Notes: generated by a model from the sequence alone, not told the origin. Numbered from the stretch's first letter, positions 21,683-33,088 are shown. The stretch is DNA of 64,000 bases from an uncultured SAR86 cluster bacterium (GCA_943789005.1 CALSSL010000003.1:67408-131407); one strand, 5' to 3'. Numbers and translations are program-made.

Positions 21683-22498
21683 TTAACCCGTTCTTCCAGA
21701 AATATAATTTTTAGTCAATTCATGTTCTGGGTCATTAAAAATTTTCTCAGTATCGTTAACTTCAATTAAATTTCCTAAATGAAAATATGCAGCTCTTTGA
21801 GATACCCTTGCAGCTTGGCTCATAGAATGAGTAACCATAACTATTGCATAATTTTCTTTTAACTCATTAATTAAATCTTCAATCTTTTCTGTAGCGATAG
21901 GATCTAATGCTGAACAAGGTTCATCCATTAATATAACATCTGGTTTGATAGCAATCGCTCTAGCTATACATAGTCTTTGCTGTTGGCCTCCTGAAAGGGC
22001 TGTTCCCGGTGTATGAAGTCTATCTTTAACTTCATCTAGCAAACCTGCCTTCTCTAATGATACTTCTACTAATTCATCTAATTCTTCTTTAGAGGTTGTA
22101 ATGCCATGAATTTTTGGACCATAAGCTACATTGTCATAAATAGACTTAGGAAATGGATTAGGCTTTTGAAATACCATTCCAACTCTTGCTCTTAACATAA
22201 CTACATCAATTTCACCTGAATATATGTCTTCTTCCTCTAAATGTATCTTTCCACTAACTCGGCATGAATCAATGGTGTCGTTTAACCTATTTAAACATCT
22301 AAGAAAAGTTGATTTACCACAACCTGAAGGACCAATTAAAGCTAAAACTTCAGATCTTCCAACTTCAATATTAATATCATTTAAAGCTTGATTATCTCCA
22401 TAAAAAACGTTGCAGTTTTTAACTGACATAACTACCTTATTAGAAGTTTCTGTATTACCTAGTGTTTTAAAATCGTCATTAATCATATCTATTACCAT
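21683..22498 (-). CDS. pstB: Phosphate ABC transporter ATP-binding protein
   Basis: 271 aa with [23 protein letters not shown] and the PstB-typical [16 protein letters not shown]. Confidence 0.95.
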   Translation of the reverse strand: MVIDMINDDFKTLGNTETSNKVVMSVKNCNVFYGDNQALNDINIEVGRSEVLALIGPSGCGKSTFLRCLNRLNDTIDSCRVSGKIHLEEEDIYSGEIDVVMLRARVGMVFQKPNPFPKSIYDNVAYGPKIHGITTSKEELDELVEVSLEKAGLLDEVKDRLHTPGTALSGGQQQRLCIARAIAIKPDVILMDEPCSALDPIATEKIEDLINELKENYAIVMVTHSMSQAARVSQRAAYFHLGNLIEVNDTEKIFNDPEHELTKNYISGRTG

Positions 22499-23775
22499 TT
22501 AATCTCATATTTATTTCTCAACCATATTGCTAATGAGTTCATTAGAAGCAAAAACATCAATAAAACCATTATTGCTGCAGATGTCTTTTCTGCAAAGCCT
22601 CTTTCTGGTGAATCTGCCCAGAGATAAACTTGAACTGGAAGAGCAGCAGATGAATCCAAAGGTGACGTTGGTATATCAACTACAAATGCGACCATTCCAA
22701 TCATAATTAAAGGCGCTGATTCACCTAAAGCTCTAGCCATTCCAATAATAGATCCAGTAAGAATGCCTGGTAAAGCTAAAGGAAGTATATGATCAAATAT
22801 GCTTTGCATTTTTGATGCGCCCACACCCAAAGCTGCATCTCTAATACTAGGTGGAACAGACTGCAAAGAAGCTCTGGCAGCAATAATGATCACTGGAAAA
22901 GTCATTAGTGCTAAAACTAAACCACCAACTAATGGAGCAGAACGTGGCATGCCAGCATAATTTATAAATACAGCAAGTCCTAATAAACCATAAATAATTG
23001 ATGGTACAGCTGCTAAATTGTTAATGTTTACCTCAATAAAATCAATAAACCTATTTTTTGGTGCAAATTCCTCTAAATATATTGCTGCAGAAACTCCAAG
23101 TGGAAATGCAATTAGAAAAGTAATGGTTAGCATTAGCGCAGAACCTACCAGTGCACCCAAAATACCAGCTTGTTCAGATTCTCTAGAATCTCCAGATACA
23201 AATAAAGTTTTATTAAATTTATTTTTAATCAGGCCTTGAGTCTGTAAAGTTTCGATAGAACTAATTTGAAGGTCTGATATTCTTCTTGATTGCTCAGGCA
23301 GATTGACGTCTATGTTACCTTTTATCAACATATCTACTTCATCATCTAGGGGCAACCAAATATTAATGGTTTTTCCAATTAATGAGAGATCTTCTAAAAC
23401 AAGCTGCTGAATTTTAATTGAAGCTCCAGAGCTCATTAAGTCTCTTAATTCTCTTTTATCAGATCTCTTAGTTATTTCTGGAAATAAGGAATATAAAGAT
23501 TCATTGATAATTCCATCAAAATCACCATATCTGATCTCTTCTAAATCATTTGTATTATCTGGATCTATAAATTCTTGTTGAAGTTCAATTTTTAAAAAAA
23601 TTTCAGCCTGATAGAAAGCAGAATATCCTTTTGAAATAATGCTAGTAAAGAAAATAAATAAAAATGTTACAGCTATAAAAATACTCAACTGTCCATATCT
23701 TCTAAATCTAGCCTCTTTTTTATATCTAGTTTGTAGATTTTTGTTAACTATTTCAGTTATTGATGTATTACTCAT
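22492..23775 (-). CDS. pstA: Phosphate ABC transporter permease PstA (long form)
   Basis: 427 aa. C-terminal permease core ([19 protein letters not shown]) with an N-terminal extension. Overlaps the pstB start and pstC stop. Confidence 0.9.
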   Translation of the reverse strand: MSNTSITEIVNKNLQTRYKKEARFRRYGQLSIFIAVTFLFIFFTSIISKGYSAFYQAEIFLKIELQQEFIDPDNTNDLEEIRYGDFDGIINESLYSLFPEITKRSDKRELRDLMSSGASIKIQQLVLEDLSLIGKTINIWLPLDDEVDMLIKGNIDVNLPEQSRRISDLQISSIETLQTQGLIKNKFNKTLFVSGDSRESEQAGILGALVGSALMLTITFLIAFPLGVSAAIYLEEFAPKNRFIDFIEVNINNLAAVPSIIYGLLGLAVFINYAGMPRSAPLVGGLVLALMTFPVIIIAARASLQSVPPSIRDAALGVGASKMQSIFDHILPLALPGILTGSIIGMARALGESAPLIMIGMVAFVVDIPTSPLDSSAALPVQVYLWADSPERGFAEKTSAAIMVLLMFLLLMNSLAIWLRNKYEIKW

Positions 23776-25144
23776 ATTGTTCTCTATATTTTCTAACGAT
23801 TTTTAGTGCTATAAAATTCAGAAATAATGTAAAGACAAATAATGTTAATCCGAGAGCAAATGCTGCCAATGTCTTTGGACTATCGAATTCTTGGTCTCCT
23901 GTTAATAAAGTAACAATCTGCACGGTAACTGTTGTGACTGCGTCAATTGGATTAAATGAGAGTTTGGCTGACAAGCCTGCAGCCATAACTACAATCATTG
24001 TTTCACCAATTGCTCGCGAAGCAGCCAAAAGAATACCACCTATTATGCCAGGCAAGGCAGCCGGTAGAATTACTTTCTTAATAGTTTCGGATTTTGTTGC
24101 ACCCAATCCATATGAACCTTCTCTCATAGATTGTGGAACACTAGAAATTACATCATCTGATAGAGAAGAAACGAGAGGAATAATCATAATTCCCATAACT
24201 AAACCAACTCCCAGAGCACTTTCTGAGGCAATATCTAGACCCAAAAAAGAACCTGTATTTCTAATAAATGGAGCAACAGTAATAACAGCAAAAAAACCAT
24301 AAACAACTGTTGGAATACCAGATAAGATTTCTAAAATTGGTTTTGTAATTGCTCTTACTTTTGTATCAGCATATTCAGATAAGTAAATTGCTGTTAATAA
24401 GCCAATAGGCACTGCTAATATTAAAGCAATTAATGAAATAAGTATTGTTCCTGCAAATAAGGGAACTGCTCCAAATAAGCCAGACGATCCAACTTGACCC
24501 TCTCTAATAGCCATTTGAGGACTCCAACTTAAACCAAATAAAAATTCAGAAAAATTTATTACATCAAAAAACCTTAAAGCCTCAAATAATACAGAAAGCA
24601 AAATTCCTGCTGTAACAAAAATTGCAATTACAGCTGATCCAAATAATAAAATATGTATTGCACTTTCAATAAAATTTCTTGCTCTATATGATGATGAAAT
24701 TGTTTTATATGCATAAGTAAAAGTTAATAACCCCATTATCAATGAACTATAAAAAACAACTTTATCTATCAATTCATACTGTTCATTATAAAAATTTGCA
24801 GCCTCATTTATTCCTGTAAAAGATGAGCTATTTGCAATATTACCTACAGCTAAATTTTTAATATCATTTACAACAAGATTTAATTCATTGACTGGGAGGT
24901 TTTTTATATTATTAGGCAGCGATTTAATAAGGGTTGAGGTGACAAAAGATTCAGCAAAAATGAGGTATAGACCAATAATAATAAGAGATGGAATTAAAAA
25001 CCATAAACTTGCATAAAACCCATAATATTGTGGTAATGAATGTAAATAACCACTCTGATTTCTGATCTTTATAGAATATTTTTTGGAATAAAAGTATATA
25101 AAAATAGTAACAACTATTAATACAACAAATAAATAATTAAACAT
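23768..25144 (-). CDS. pstC: Phosphate ABC transporter permease PstC (long form)
   Basis: 458 aa with EFLFGLSWSP, GAVPLFAGT and SRAIGETMIV. Confidence 0.9.
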   Translation of the reverse strand: MFNYLFVVLIVVTIFIYFYSKKYSIKIRNQSGYLHSLPQYYGFYASLWFLIPSLIIIGLYLIFAESFVTSTLIKSLPNNIKNLPVNELNLVVNDIKNLAVGNIANSSSFTGINEAANFYNEQYELIDKVVFYSSLIMGLLTFTYAYKTISSSYRARNFIESAIHILLFGSAVIAIFVTAGILLSVLFEALRFFDVINFSEFLFGLSWSPQMAIREGQVGSSGLFGAVPLFAGTILISLIALILAVPIGLLTAIYLSEYADTKVRAITKPILEILSGIPTVVYGFFAVITVAPFIRNTGSFLGLDIASESALGVGLVMGIMIIPLVSSLSDDVISSVPQSMREGSYGLGATKSETIKKVILPAALPGIIGGILLAASRAIGETMIVVMAAGLSAKLSFNPIDAVTTVTVQIVTLLTGDQEFDSPKTLAAFALGLTLFVFTLFLNFIALKIVRKYREQYE

Positions 25145-25241
25145 ATTTAATTCCTAAAAATACACGAATGCCTAATAAATAGGCATTCGTACATAAGATT
25201 ATCTTTACAAAAATTACTAATTTTGATTCATCCTAAAGTTC

Positions 25242-26288
25242 CTATAAAGTCTTAAGTGGTATTAATTTTTTTCCAGCTGCTGAAAATTCTTTATATTCAT
25301 TATTTGGCATAGGAATTAATCCTTTATCAGTTAGATAACCTGTTTGGCCAATTGCGCCTCTACTTGTAAATTCTCTAACATATTCCTTAATTCCTGGAAT
25401 AGATGCTGCATGAGCATTCTTTATATAAAAATATAATGGTCTAGATACTTTATAGGAGCCATCTGCAATATTTTCAAAAGTTGGATATGCGCCATCAACC
25501 ATTGATCCCTGAATAGTATCTGAGTTTTGATCTAAAAAACTGTAACCAAAAACCCCTAATGAATTTGGATTGGCATTAAGTTTTGATACTATCAAATTAT
25601 CATTTTCACCTACTTCAATGTATGGTCCATCTTCTCTTACTGATCTACATATACTTTTGTATTTATTTTCATCTTGTTTCTTTATATCAGCCAACCATTT
25701 AAAAGTCTTACAACCACCTTCCATGGCTAATTCTGCAAAAGCATCTCTAGTTCCTGATGAAGGAGGTGGTCCAAGAACTTCAATATCGATATTTGGTAAT
25801 GTTGGATCTACATCTTTCCATGTCTTATATGGATTTTTTACAAGAACTTCTTCGCCATTTGGATTAGGTACCATTGGAGTTAATGCTAGAAAAATTTGGC
25901 GTTTGGTTAAGCTTAATTTTTGACCTTGTCTTGAATTAGCAATTACTATACCGTCATATCCTATTTTAATTTCTGTTATTTCGGTAATACCAGCTGCAGC
26001 GCAACTATCTATTTCGCTTTGTTTAATTCTTCTTGAAGCATTAGTAATATCTGGATGCTCTATTCCAATTCCTTTACAGAAAAGTTTTAAACCACCGCCT
26101 GAACCAGTTGATTCAATTACAGGTGTATTGTAAATTGTTTTTTTTCCAAATCTTTCAGCCACAACAGTTGCAAATGGATAAACTGTTGAAGAGCCTACTA
26201 TTTTTATTGTATCTCTTGATGCAGCATCAATTGTTAAAGAAAAAAAGAAAATAGATGTTGAAAAAGCAATTTTAAAAAGTTTGTTCAT
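25242..26288 (-). CDS. pstS: Phosphate-binding protein PstS
   Basis: 348 aa with signal peptide, IKIVGSSTVYPF and SGTRDAF. GGAGA SD 8 nt upstream. Confidence 0.9.
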   Translation of the reverse strand: MNKLFKIAFSTSIFFFSLTIDAASRDTIKIVGSSTVYPFATVVAERFGKKTIYNTPVIESTGSGGGLKLFCKGIGIEHPDITNASRRIKQSEIDSCAAAGITEITEIKIGYDGIVIANSRQGQKLSLTKRQIFLALTPMVPNPNGEEVLVKNPYKTWKDVDPTLPNIDIEVLGPPPSSGTRDAFAELAMEGGCKTFKWLADIKKQDENKYKSICRSVREDGPYIEVGENDNLIVSKLNANPNSLGVFGYSFLDQNSDTIQGSMVDGAYPTFENIADGSYKVSRPLYFYIKNAHAASIPGIKEYVREFTSRGAIGQTGYLTDKGLIPMPNNEYKEFSAAGKKLIPLKTL

Positions 26289-26488
26289 TAATTATCTCCA
26301 ATTAAAAAACAAAAGCATAAACAGAGAATGCAACAATTAAGTTACATGAAAAGAAACTTTAGAAAAGAAAAATCAACATATTGGTAAAAATCAAATAATT
26401 AAACTTAGAATAGACATATAAATTTCGAGATTAATAACTCCTATTATCGTTAATTTTGAAATATGGCTATAATGCGTTTTCAAACTAA

Positions 26489-26565
26489 GCGCCCGTAGCT
26501 CAGCTGGATAGAGTACTTGGCTACGAACCAAGGGGTCGGGAGTTCGAATCTCTCCGGGCGCGCCA
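26489..26565 (+). tRNA. tRNA-Arg (anticodon ACG)
   Basis: 77 nt: GCGCCCGTAGCTCAGCTGGATAGAGTACTTGGCTACGAACCAAGGGGTCGGGAGTTCGAATCTCTCCGGGCGCGCCA. Cloverleaf folds by hand, loop CT-ACG-AA, encoded CCA. Confidence 0.95.
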
Positions 26566-26571
26566 TTCTCT

Positions 26572-28437
26572 TTAAGATAAAGTTTCCAAATGAGTTACTT
26601 TATCCATCCATTCTTGATCAGCAAGTTCAACTTCGTTAGATAACTCCAGTTGATTTCTGATTAAGTCCTGTAAATTATCTGATGAATCATCTTTGTATAA
26701 GTCAGGATCAGCAAGCTTTAAGTTTGCCTCATCTAATTTAGTATTAAGTCTTAATAATCTTTTTTCTAATTTAGATATCTCTATATTTAAGGATTTAATT
26801 AATTTACTGTTATCTTCCTTGTTATCTTTTGAACTTTTAACTTTTTTCTTCGTTTCTTTTATATCACTTGATTTGATATCTAAAATATAATTTTTGTAAT
26901 CATTTAAATCGCCATTAAATATATCTACTCTGCCATTATCAACTAAATAAAAATGATCAACTGAGCTATTTAATAAATGTCTATCATGAGAGATAAGCAA
27001 GATAGCACCCCTAAAAGTTTGTAATGCTATCGTTAGGGCATGCCTCATCTCCATATCTAAATGGTTTGTTGGCTCGTCCATTAAAAGAATATTAGGTTTT
27101 TGATAAGAAATAATAGCAAAAGCTAGTCGTGCTTTCTCACCACCTGAAAAAAGATGAATAGGATCTTTAACTTTATCACCTTTAAAATTAAATCCTCCAA
27201 GGTAAGTTCTTATTTGTTTCTCTGTTTGTGTTTCATCAAGTCTTTGAATATGAGTAAATGCTGATATAGATAAATCTAAATCATCGACCTGATGTTGAGA
27301 GAAATAACCAACCTTAAAATTAGTTCCTGCCTCTCTTTGGCCATCTATTAGAGAAATACTTCCAACAATGCTTTTTATTAAAGTAGATTTGCCAGCGCCA
27401 TTTGGACCTAATAAACCAATTCTATCTCCAGGAGCAATTGATAAATTAACCATTGAAAGGATGGGTGTATTATATCCGAGACTACTATCAGACAATGAAA
27501 TCAGAGGATTTGAAATTTTTTCTGTTTCAGAAATAGTAAAATTAAATGGTGAATCAATATGTGCAGGAGCAATTAACTCCATCTTTTCTAGTGCCTTAAC
27601 CCTACTTTGAGCTTGTCTTGCTTTTGTAGCTTTGGCTTTAAACCTATTAATAAAGCTTTGCATGTGAGCAACTTCTTTTTGTTGTTTTACATAATTACTT
27701 TGTATCTCTGCCAGTTTTGCAGCTCTAAGAATTTCAAATTGAGTAAAGTTACCAGAATATAACTCTATTGATTGATGGTATAAATGAGCTATAAATGACA
27801 CGCAATCATCTAAAAAATCTCTATCGTGTGAAATTAATATTAATGCGCCTGGAAATGATTTAATCCAATTAGACAGCCAAAGGATTGCATCTAAATCTAA
27901 ATGGTTTGTTGGCTCATCAAGCAGCATAAGATCAGATGGCTGCATCAATGTCTTAGCTAAATTAAGTCTAACTCTCCAACCTCCAGAGAAGTCCTTTAAA
28001 GGTTTATTAAAATCTTCAGACTTAAACCCTAAACCTACCATTAATTGTTCTGCTTTTGATTTTGCAGAATATCCATCCAGGGCACTATATGTCTCATAAA
28101 GCTCTGCAAGAATTTCAAATTTTTCTTCTTTTTCAGCTAATTCAATTTCATGCTGAATCTCAAGAAGCATGTAATCACCAGATAATACATATTGAAGTGC
28201 GATTTCATCTGATGCTGGTACCTCTTGAGCGAGATAAGATATTCTTAAATCATTTGGATAACTAACAGAGCTTTGATCAACTTCAATTTCTTTTTTTATA
28301 ACTTTAAAAAGGCTAGTTTTACCAGTTCCATTTGCACCAATAAGACCAACTTTTTGATGATGATGAATGGTTAATGAAACATCATCAAATAATGTTTTAC
28401 CGCCAAGAACTAGTTCTAAATTATTAAATGAAAGCAT
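26572..28437 (-). CDS. ABC-F family ATPase (YheS/Uup-like)
   Basis: 621 aa, two cassettes (GANGTGKTS / LSGGWRVRL; GPNGAGKST / FSGGEKARL), no TM domain, C-terminal coiled-coil. Confidence 0.9.
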   Translation of the reverse strand: MLSFNNLELVLGGKTLFDDVSLTIHHHQKVGLIGANGTGKTSLFKVIKKEIEVDQSSVSYPNDLRISYLAQEVPASDEIALQYVLSGDYMLLEIQHEIELAEKEEKFEILAELYETYSALDGYSAKSKAEQLMVGLGFKSEDFNKPLKDFSGGWRVRLNLAKTLMQPSDLMLLDEPTNHLDLDAILWLSNWIKSFPGALILISHDRDFLDDCVSFIAHLYHQSIELYSGNFTQFEILRAAKLAEIQSNYVKQQKEVAHMQSFINRFKAKATKARQAQSRVKALEKMELIAPAHIDSPFNFTISETEKISNPLISLSDSSLGYNTPILSMVNLSIAPGDRIGLLGPNGAGKSTLIKSIVGSISLIDGQREAGTNFKVGYFSQHQVDDLDLSISAFTHIQRLDETQTEKQIRTYLGGFNFKGDKVKDPIHLFSGGEKARLAFAIISYQKPNILLMDEPTNHLDMEMRHALTIALQTFRGAILLISHDRHLLNSSVDHFYLVDNGRVDIFNGDLNDYKNYILDIKSSDIKETKKKVKSSKDNKEDNSKLIKSLNIEISKLEKRLLRLNTKLDEANLKLADPDLYKDDSSDNLQDLIRNQLELSNEVELADQEWMDKVTHLETLS

Positions 28438-28482
28438 TGTGAGATCGTAAAAAAGCTAGTGTATCAGAAGATTTACTAAGCG

Positions 28483-29712
28483 CTAGATGTCATTTCCAGC
28501 AACATAAGCAGAGGCCCACGCCCATTGAAAATTAAAACCACCCAGATGACCTGTTACATCAAGAACCTCGCCAATAAAATATAAACCTTTCTGGTTCTTA
28601 ACTTCCATGGTTTTAGAACTTATATAGTCTGTATTGACACCTCCCAGAGTCACTTCAGCTGTTCTATATCCCTCTGTAGCAGCTGGTTTAAGAGTCCAAT
28701 TATTAAGAAGATTACCAATTTTTTCTATTTGGGTATTTGGCCATTCACCAATTTGTTTAGATTTAAAGTTATTCCATAATAGTATTTCTAATTCTGCAAC
28801 TAATGCCTTGGGCATTAAAGGAGTTAAAATAGATTTTAATAATTGTTTAGGATTATTAGTTTTTATTTCCTTAATATAATCAGATGCTATTTTTTCAGGT
28901 AAAAGATTTATTTTTAATGAATCACCGAGTTTCCAATAATTAGAAATTTGTAATATCACTGGTCCGCTTAAACCCCTATGAGTAAATAGAATATCTTCGC
29001 TAAAAGTTTTATTGTTACAAGATACATTCACCTTATGCGAGACACCCGATAATGATGAGCAAAAATCTTTAGTGGAATCACTAAACATAAAAGGAACAAG
29101 TCCTGCTTGAAGTTCCGTAACCTCTAAATTGAATTGCTTAGCAATATCATATCCAAAACCACTTCCGCCTAGGGTTGGCACTGAAAGACCTCCAGTTGCA
29201 ACAATCAATGAAGATGAGCTAAGATCTATAGAATAGCTGTCTTTTTTGTTTTCAATTTTGGTATTCAATTTATAGACTTTTTTGTCTTCGTGATATTGAA
29301 TTATTGAAGTAGAGGCATTAGTTATAATATTAACTTTATATTTGTCACATTCATTAACTAACATCTCGACAATATCTTTGGAAGAATTAATACAAAAAAG
29401 CTGACCGTGTTTTCTTGTCTCATAATCAATATTATGATTTTTAACCATATCTATAAAATCATCAGCTGTATATTGAGATAAAGCAGATTTACAAAAATGA
29501 CTATTTTTAGATAAGAAATTTTCAGGAGATGTGAATTGATTGGTGAAATTACATCTGCCGCCTCCAGACATTAATATTTTCTTGGCAACTTTATTAGATT
29601 TCTCTAAAACTAGAACTTTTTTATCTTTTTTAGCCGCCACGATTGCAGCAAATAATCCACCAGCTCCTCCACCTAAGATGATTACATCATAAGATTGATT
29701 TGCTCTATCCAT
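28483..29712 (-). CDS. NAD(P)/FAD-dependent oxidoreductase, HI0933/YhiN (BaiN-like) family
   Basis: 409 aa with YDVIILGGGAGGLFAA and SGGGRCNFTN. Confidence 0.85.
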   Translation of the reverse strand: MDRANQSYDVIILGGGAGGLFAAIVAAKKDKKVLVLEKSNKVAKKILMSGGGRCNFTNQFTSPENFLSKNSHFCKSALSQYTADDFIDMVKNHNIDYETRKHGQLFCINSSKDIVEMLVNECDKYKVNIITNASTSIIQYHEDKKVYKLNTKIENKKDSYSIDLSSSSLIVATGGLSVPTLGGSGFGYDIAKQFNLEVTELQAGLVPFMFSDSTKDFCSSLSGVSHKVNVSCNNKTFSEDILFTHRGLSGPVILQISNYWKLGDSLKINLLPEKIASDYIKEIKTNNPKQLLKSILTPLMPKALVAELEILLWNNFKSKQIGEWPNTQIEKIGNLLNNWTLKPAATEGYRTAEVTLGGVNTDYISSKTMEVKNQKGLYFIGEVLDVTGHLGGFNFQWAWASAYVAGNDI

Positions 29713-29724
29713 ACTACTTCTTGA

Positions 29725-30948
29725 TTACCCCTTTCTAGTTCTTTTCCTTTTTCTAAAACCAGCTTTATTATTAAAGTTCTTTTTTAGAGGTTTTTCTTTT
29801 ATTGGAACAACATGCTCTGGCTCAAAACCCTCTATTTCAATTCTTTCAAGTTTTTGATTCAGAAGTTTTTCAATATCTCTTAATAACTTAAATTCATCAG
29901 CGCTAACTAATGTTATTGCCTTTCCTTTGTCGCCAGCTCTTCCCGTTCTTCCAATTCTATGAATATAATCTTTTGCAACAGTTGGGACATCAAAATTTAT
30001 AACTTGAGACATTTTTTTAATATCAATACCTCTTGCAGCTACATCAGTTGCAACTAGAATTTTAATTCTATTATTTTTAAATGCATCTAAAGCTTTCATT
30101 CTATTATTTTGAGTTTTATTCCCATGAATTGCCTGAGATTTAATTTCAACTCTATCAAGTTGTTTTTGCAACCTATCAGCACCGTGCTTCGTTCTTGTGA
30201 AAACAAGTGCCTGATCCCACTTTTGAGTTTCAATTAGCTCAATTAAAAGTTCTGCTTTTTTAGATTTATCAACAGGATGCACATAGTGTTCAATATTTTC
30301 TCCAGCCTCATTGTCAGATGTAACAGATACTTCAATAGCTTTATCAGCCATTTCTTTGGCTAGAGATCTAAAAGAGTTTGAAAAAGTAGCCGTAAACATT
30401 AAATTTTGCCTTCTCTCTGGAAGTAAACTGGCTATTTTCTTTATATCGTGGATAAAACCCATATCGAGCATTTGATCAGCCTCATCAAGAACTAATATTT
30501 CAATATTTTTAAAATTTACTGATTTTTGGTTATATAGGTCTAGAAGTCTTCCTGGGGTAGCAACTAATACATCTACACCTTTTTTTAGTTTTAATTTTTG
30601 ATTATGAATTCTTGCACCACCATAGACAGCTGTCGATCTGATGCTTAAGTATTTACTATATGTGTTAACACTTTCTCTTACCTGCGCAGCAAGCTCTCTT
30701 GTAGGTGTAAGTATTAAAGCTCTTAACTGATGACCTTTATAATTATTTTTTGGATTAGATAAAATACTAAGTGTTGGGAGAACGAAGGCCGCAGTTTTTC
30801 CTGTTCCAGTTTGAGCAGCAGCCATTATGTCGCTTTTATTTAAGATTGCAGGAATAACCTCTGCCTGAATAGGAGTTGGTTCTTTATAGTCTTGATCTTT
30901 TAATGACCTTAATATTGGGTCTGACAATTTTAGATCATCAAATTTCAT
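29725..30948 (-). CDS. rhlE: ATP-dependent DEAD-box RNA helicase (RhlE-like)
   Basis: 407 aa with AQTGTGKTAAF, PTRELA, DEAD, TAT, HRIGRTGR and a basic tail. Confidence 0.9.
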   Translation of the reverse strand: MKFDDLKLSDPILRSLKDQDYKEPTPIQAEVIPAILNKSDIMAAAQTGTGKTAAFVLPTLSILSNPKNNYKGHQLRALILTPTRELAAQVRESVNTYSKYLSIRSTAVYGGARIHNQKLKLKKGVDVLVATPGRLLDLYNQKSVNFKNIEILVLDEADQMLDMGFIHDIKKIASLLPERRQNLMFTATFSNSFRSLAKEMADKAIEVSVTSDNEAGENIEHYVHPVDKSKKAELLIELIETQKWDQALVFTRTKHGADRLQKQLDRVEIKSQAIHGNKTQNNRMKALDAFKNNRIKILVATDVAARGIDIKKMSQVINFDVPTVAKDYIHRIGRTGRAGDKGKAITLVSADEFKLLRDIEKLLNQKLERIEIEGFEPEHVVPIKEKPLKKNFNNKAGFRKRKRTRKG

Positions 30949-31014
30949 TTAATCCTTTGTGATTGTTTGGCTGAAGAGTACAGACAAGAAAGACCGTGGT
31001 CAATGCTTATTTAA

Positions 31015-31404
31015 CTATACAGAATGTAGCTTTTGTTCAGGGATAGAGTTTTTGATATCAGTAATATTATTATACTTATCAAAATATACTAATGTTGGCT
31101 GATGATTAGTTGCTTCTATTTCATCAAACTCTCCATAGGTGCAAATAATTACTACATCGTTTATAGATACTTTATGAGCTGCTGCACCATTAACTGATAG
31201 TGTTTTTGATCCAGATTCTGCCAATATTAGATACGTTGAAAATCTCTCACCATTAGTAACGTTATAAACGTCTACTCTTTCATATTCCTGCATTCCTGCA
31301 GCATTTAAGAAGTCTTGATCAACAGCGCAAGAGCCCTCATAGTCGAGCTCAACTTGAGTCACGTTGATTCTGTGAAGCTTTGATTTAAGTAATGTTTTTA
31401 ACAT
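31015..31404 (-). CDS. panD: Aspartate 1-decarboxylase
   Basis: 129 aa with MLKTLLKSKLHR..VTQVELDYEGSCAVD (self-processing G-S site). Confidence 0.93.
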   Translation of the reverse strand: MLKTLLKSKLHRINVTQVELDYEGSCAVDQDFLNAAGMQEYERVDVYNVTNGERFSTYLILAESGSKTLSVNGAAAHKVSINDVVIICTYGEFDEIEATNHQPTLVYFDKYNNITDIKNSIPEQKLHSV

Positions 31405-31451
31405 AACGATGCGAAGTATAAGTAATTATTAAGGATATTTAAAGGATATAG

Positions 31452-32264
31452 CTAGTCTATTAATATATTATCAATGAGCCTAATTCCGCTAATAGACGCT
31501 GCAATAGCAACTAATATTGGTCTTGAATTAAAATCTTCAAGATTTTTTAAACTATCAGGACTACAGACTGATAAATAATCAATAACAAAGCCTTGTTGAG
31601 TTAAATCATCTTTATGCTTATTGATTAATTCATAAGATAAGTTATGTGAATTTTCTTTAATAGCGTTAAGAGTTTTATAAAGTTTCGAAGCTTTTTCTCT
31701 ATCAGATTCCGATAATCTATTATTTCTAGATGACATTGCTAATCCATTTAGTTCTCTGACAGTATCAACACTTATGATTTCTATAGGTAAATTGTTTTCT
31801 TTAACAAAATTGGTTATCAAAGTTAATTGCTGGAAATCTTTTTTTCCAAAAAAGGATCTAGTTGGTTTGATTATTTCGAATAATTTATTAACTATGGTCA
31901 AAACACCATCGAAATGGCCCGGCCTATTCATTCCGCAAAGATATAAAGCTTTATCTGATGCTTTTATCTCTTTAATATTCTCAAGTATTGAAGAATCAGG
32001 AATGAATAAAGAATCACAGCCATGTTCAGATAAAAGAGCAATATCATCATCAATAGATTTAGGGTAATTTTTAAAATCGCTAGCGTCATTAAATTGAAGT
32101 GGGTTTATAAATATTGAGGCAATTACATGAGAGTCATAGGACTTTGCTTTGTCTATTAGTGCCATATGGCCTTTGTGTAAATTTCCCATTGTGGGAACAA
32201 AAGAAACTGATTCTATATTATTTCTAAAATATTTAAATTCTTGATATGCGGTTATAATTTTCAA
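31452..32264 (-). CDS. panC: Pantoate-beta-alanine ligase
   Basis: 270 aa with VPTMGNLHKGH, FGKKDFQQ and MSSRN. Confidence 0.93.
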   Translation of the reverse strand: MKIITAYQEFKYFRNNIESVSFVPTMGNLHKGHMALIDKAKSYDSHVIASIFINPLQFNDASDFKNYPKSIDDDIALLSEHGCDSLFIPDSSILENIKEIKASDKALYLCGMNRPGHFDGVLTIVNKLFEIIKPTRSFFGKKDFQQLTLITNFVKENNLPIEIISVDTVRELNGLAMSSRNNRLSESDREKASKLYKTLNAIKENSHNLSYELINKHKDDLTQQGFVIDYLSVCSPDSLKNLEDFNSRPILVAIAASISGIRLIDNILID

Positions 32265-32270
32265 ATTATT

Positions 32271-33086
32271 TTAATAAAAAGTATGTTCTTCAGCAGGGAA
32301 ATTTCCAGATTTAACATCTTTTACATAATTAGCTAAAGCTTCTTGAATTGAGCTTGAATCTTCCATAAAGTTTTTTACAAATTTTGGCAACTTATCTAAA
32401 CATGAAATACCAAGCAAATCATGAACAACCATTATTTGTCCATCAGTTGATGATCCAGCACCAATACCAATTACAGGAATTGATATTTCATTCATAATTA
32501 ATTTTGTGAGTGCATCAGGTACACACTCAAGAAGTAATAATGAAGCACCAGCTTCTTCAAGTGACTTAGCTTCATTTATAATCAATTCATGTTTTTCTGG
32601 ATTTCTACCTTGAACAAAGTTACCGCCTATTCTATTTATAGCCTGAGGAGTTAGGCCTATATGAGCGCATACGGGTATTCCTCTATCAGCTAACATAGAT
32701 GCCATTTTAGAAATCCATTCACCGCCCTCAATTTTTATTGAATTTGCACCTGCTTGCATGAGTCTTTTTGCATTCTCAAGACCCATATCATCAGTTGCAT
32801 AGCTCATAAAAGGCATATCAGCCATTATATGAGCTCCTTTGTTGCCTTTAACCACGCATTCTAAGTGATAAACCAGCTGATCCATTGTTACCGGTAGTGT
32901 GCTGTCATGGCCTTGAATAACCATACCAAGACTATCACCAACGAGCACAACATCTACTCCTGCATCGCATATTATTGAAGTTAGTGTAGATTCATAAGAT
33001 GTTAAGCAAGTGAATTTTTTACCCTGCTCTTTCATTTTTTTTAATGAAGATAATGTAATTTGCTTTTTATCTGATTGAGCTGACAT
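32271..33086 (-). CDS. panB: 3-methyl-2-oxobutanoate hydroxymethyltransferase
   Basis: 271 aa with VLVGDSLGMV, IKIEGG and GHIGLTPQ-type motifs. Confidence 0.93.
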   Translation of the reverse strand: MSAQSDKKQITLSSLKKMKEQGKKFTCLTSYESTLTSIICDAGVDVVLVGDSLGMVIQGHDSTLPVTMDQLVYHLECVVKGNKGAHIMADMPFMSYATDDMGLENAKRLMQAGANSIKIEGGEWISKMASMLADRGIPVCAHIGLTPQAINRIGGNFVQGRNPEKHELIINEAKSLEEAGASLLLLECVPDALTKLIMNEISIPVIGIGAGSSTDGQIMVVHDLLGISCLDKLPKFVKNFMEDSSSIQEALANYVKDVKSGNFPAEEHTFY

Positions 33087-33088
33087 AG

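Noticed and set aside
23018-25923. Long antisense ORFs in the pst operon (23018..23239, 23760..24302 at 180 aa, 25570..25923 at 117 aa)
   Set aside because: The opposite strand encodes clearly recognisable PstA, PstC and PstS. The antisense products are Ser/Pro/Ala-rich mirror frames with no start context.
26289-26488. Pho box upstream of pstS
   Set aside because: I looked for CTGTCAT-N4-CTGTCAT on the minus strand. The best candidates (TTTTCAT.., TGTAAC-N5-TGTTGC-N6-TGTTTA) match only 3-5 of 7 positions per half-site and have irregular spacing. That is not convincing by eye.
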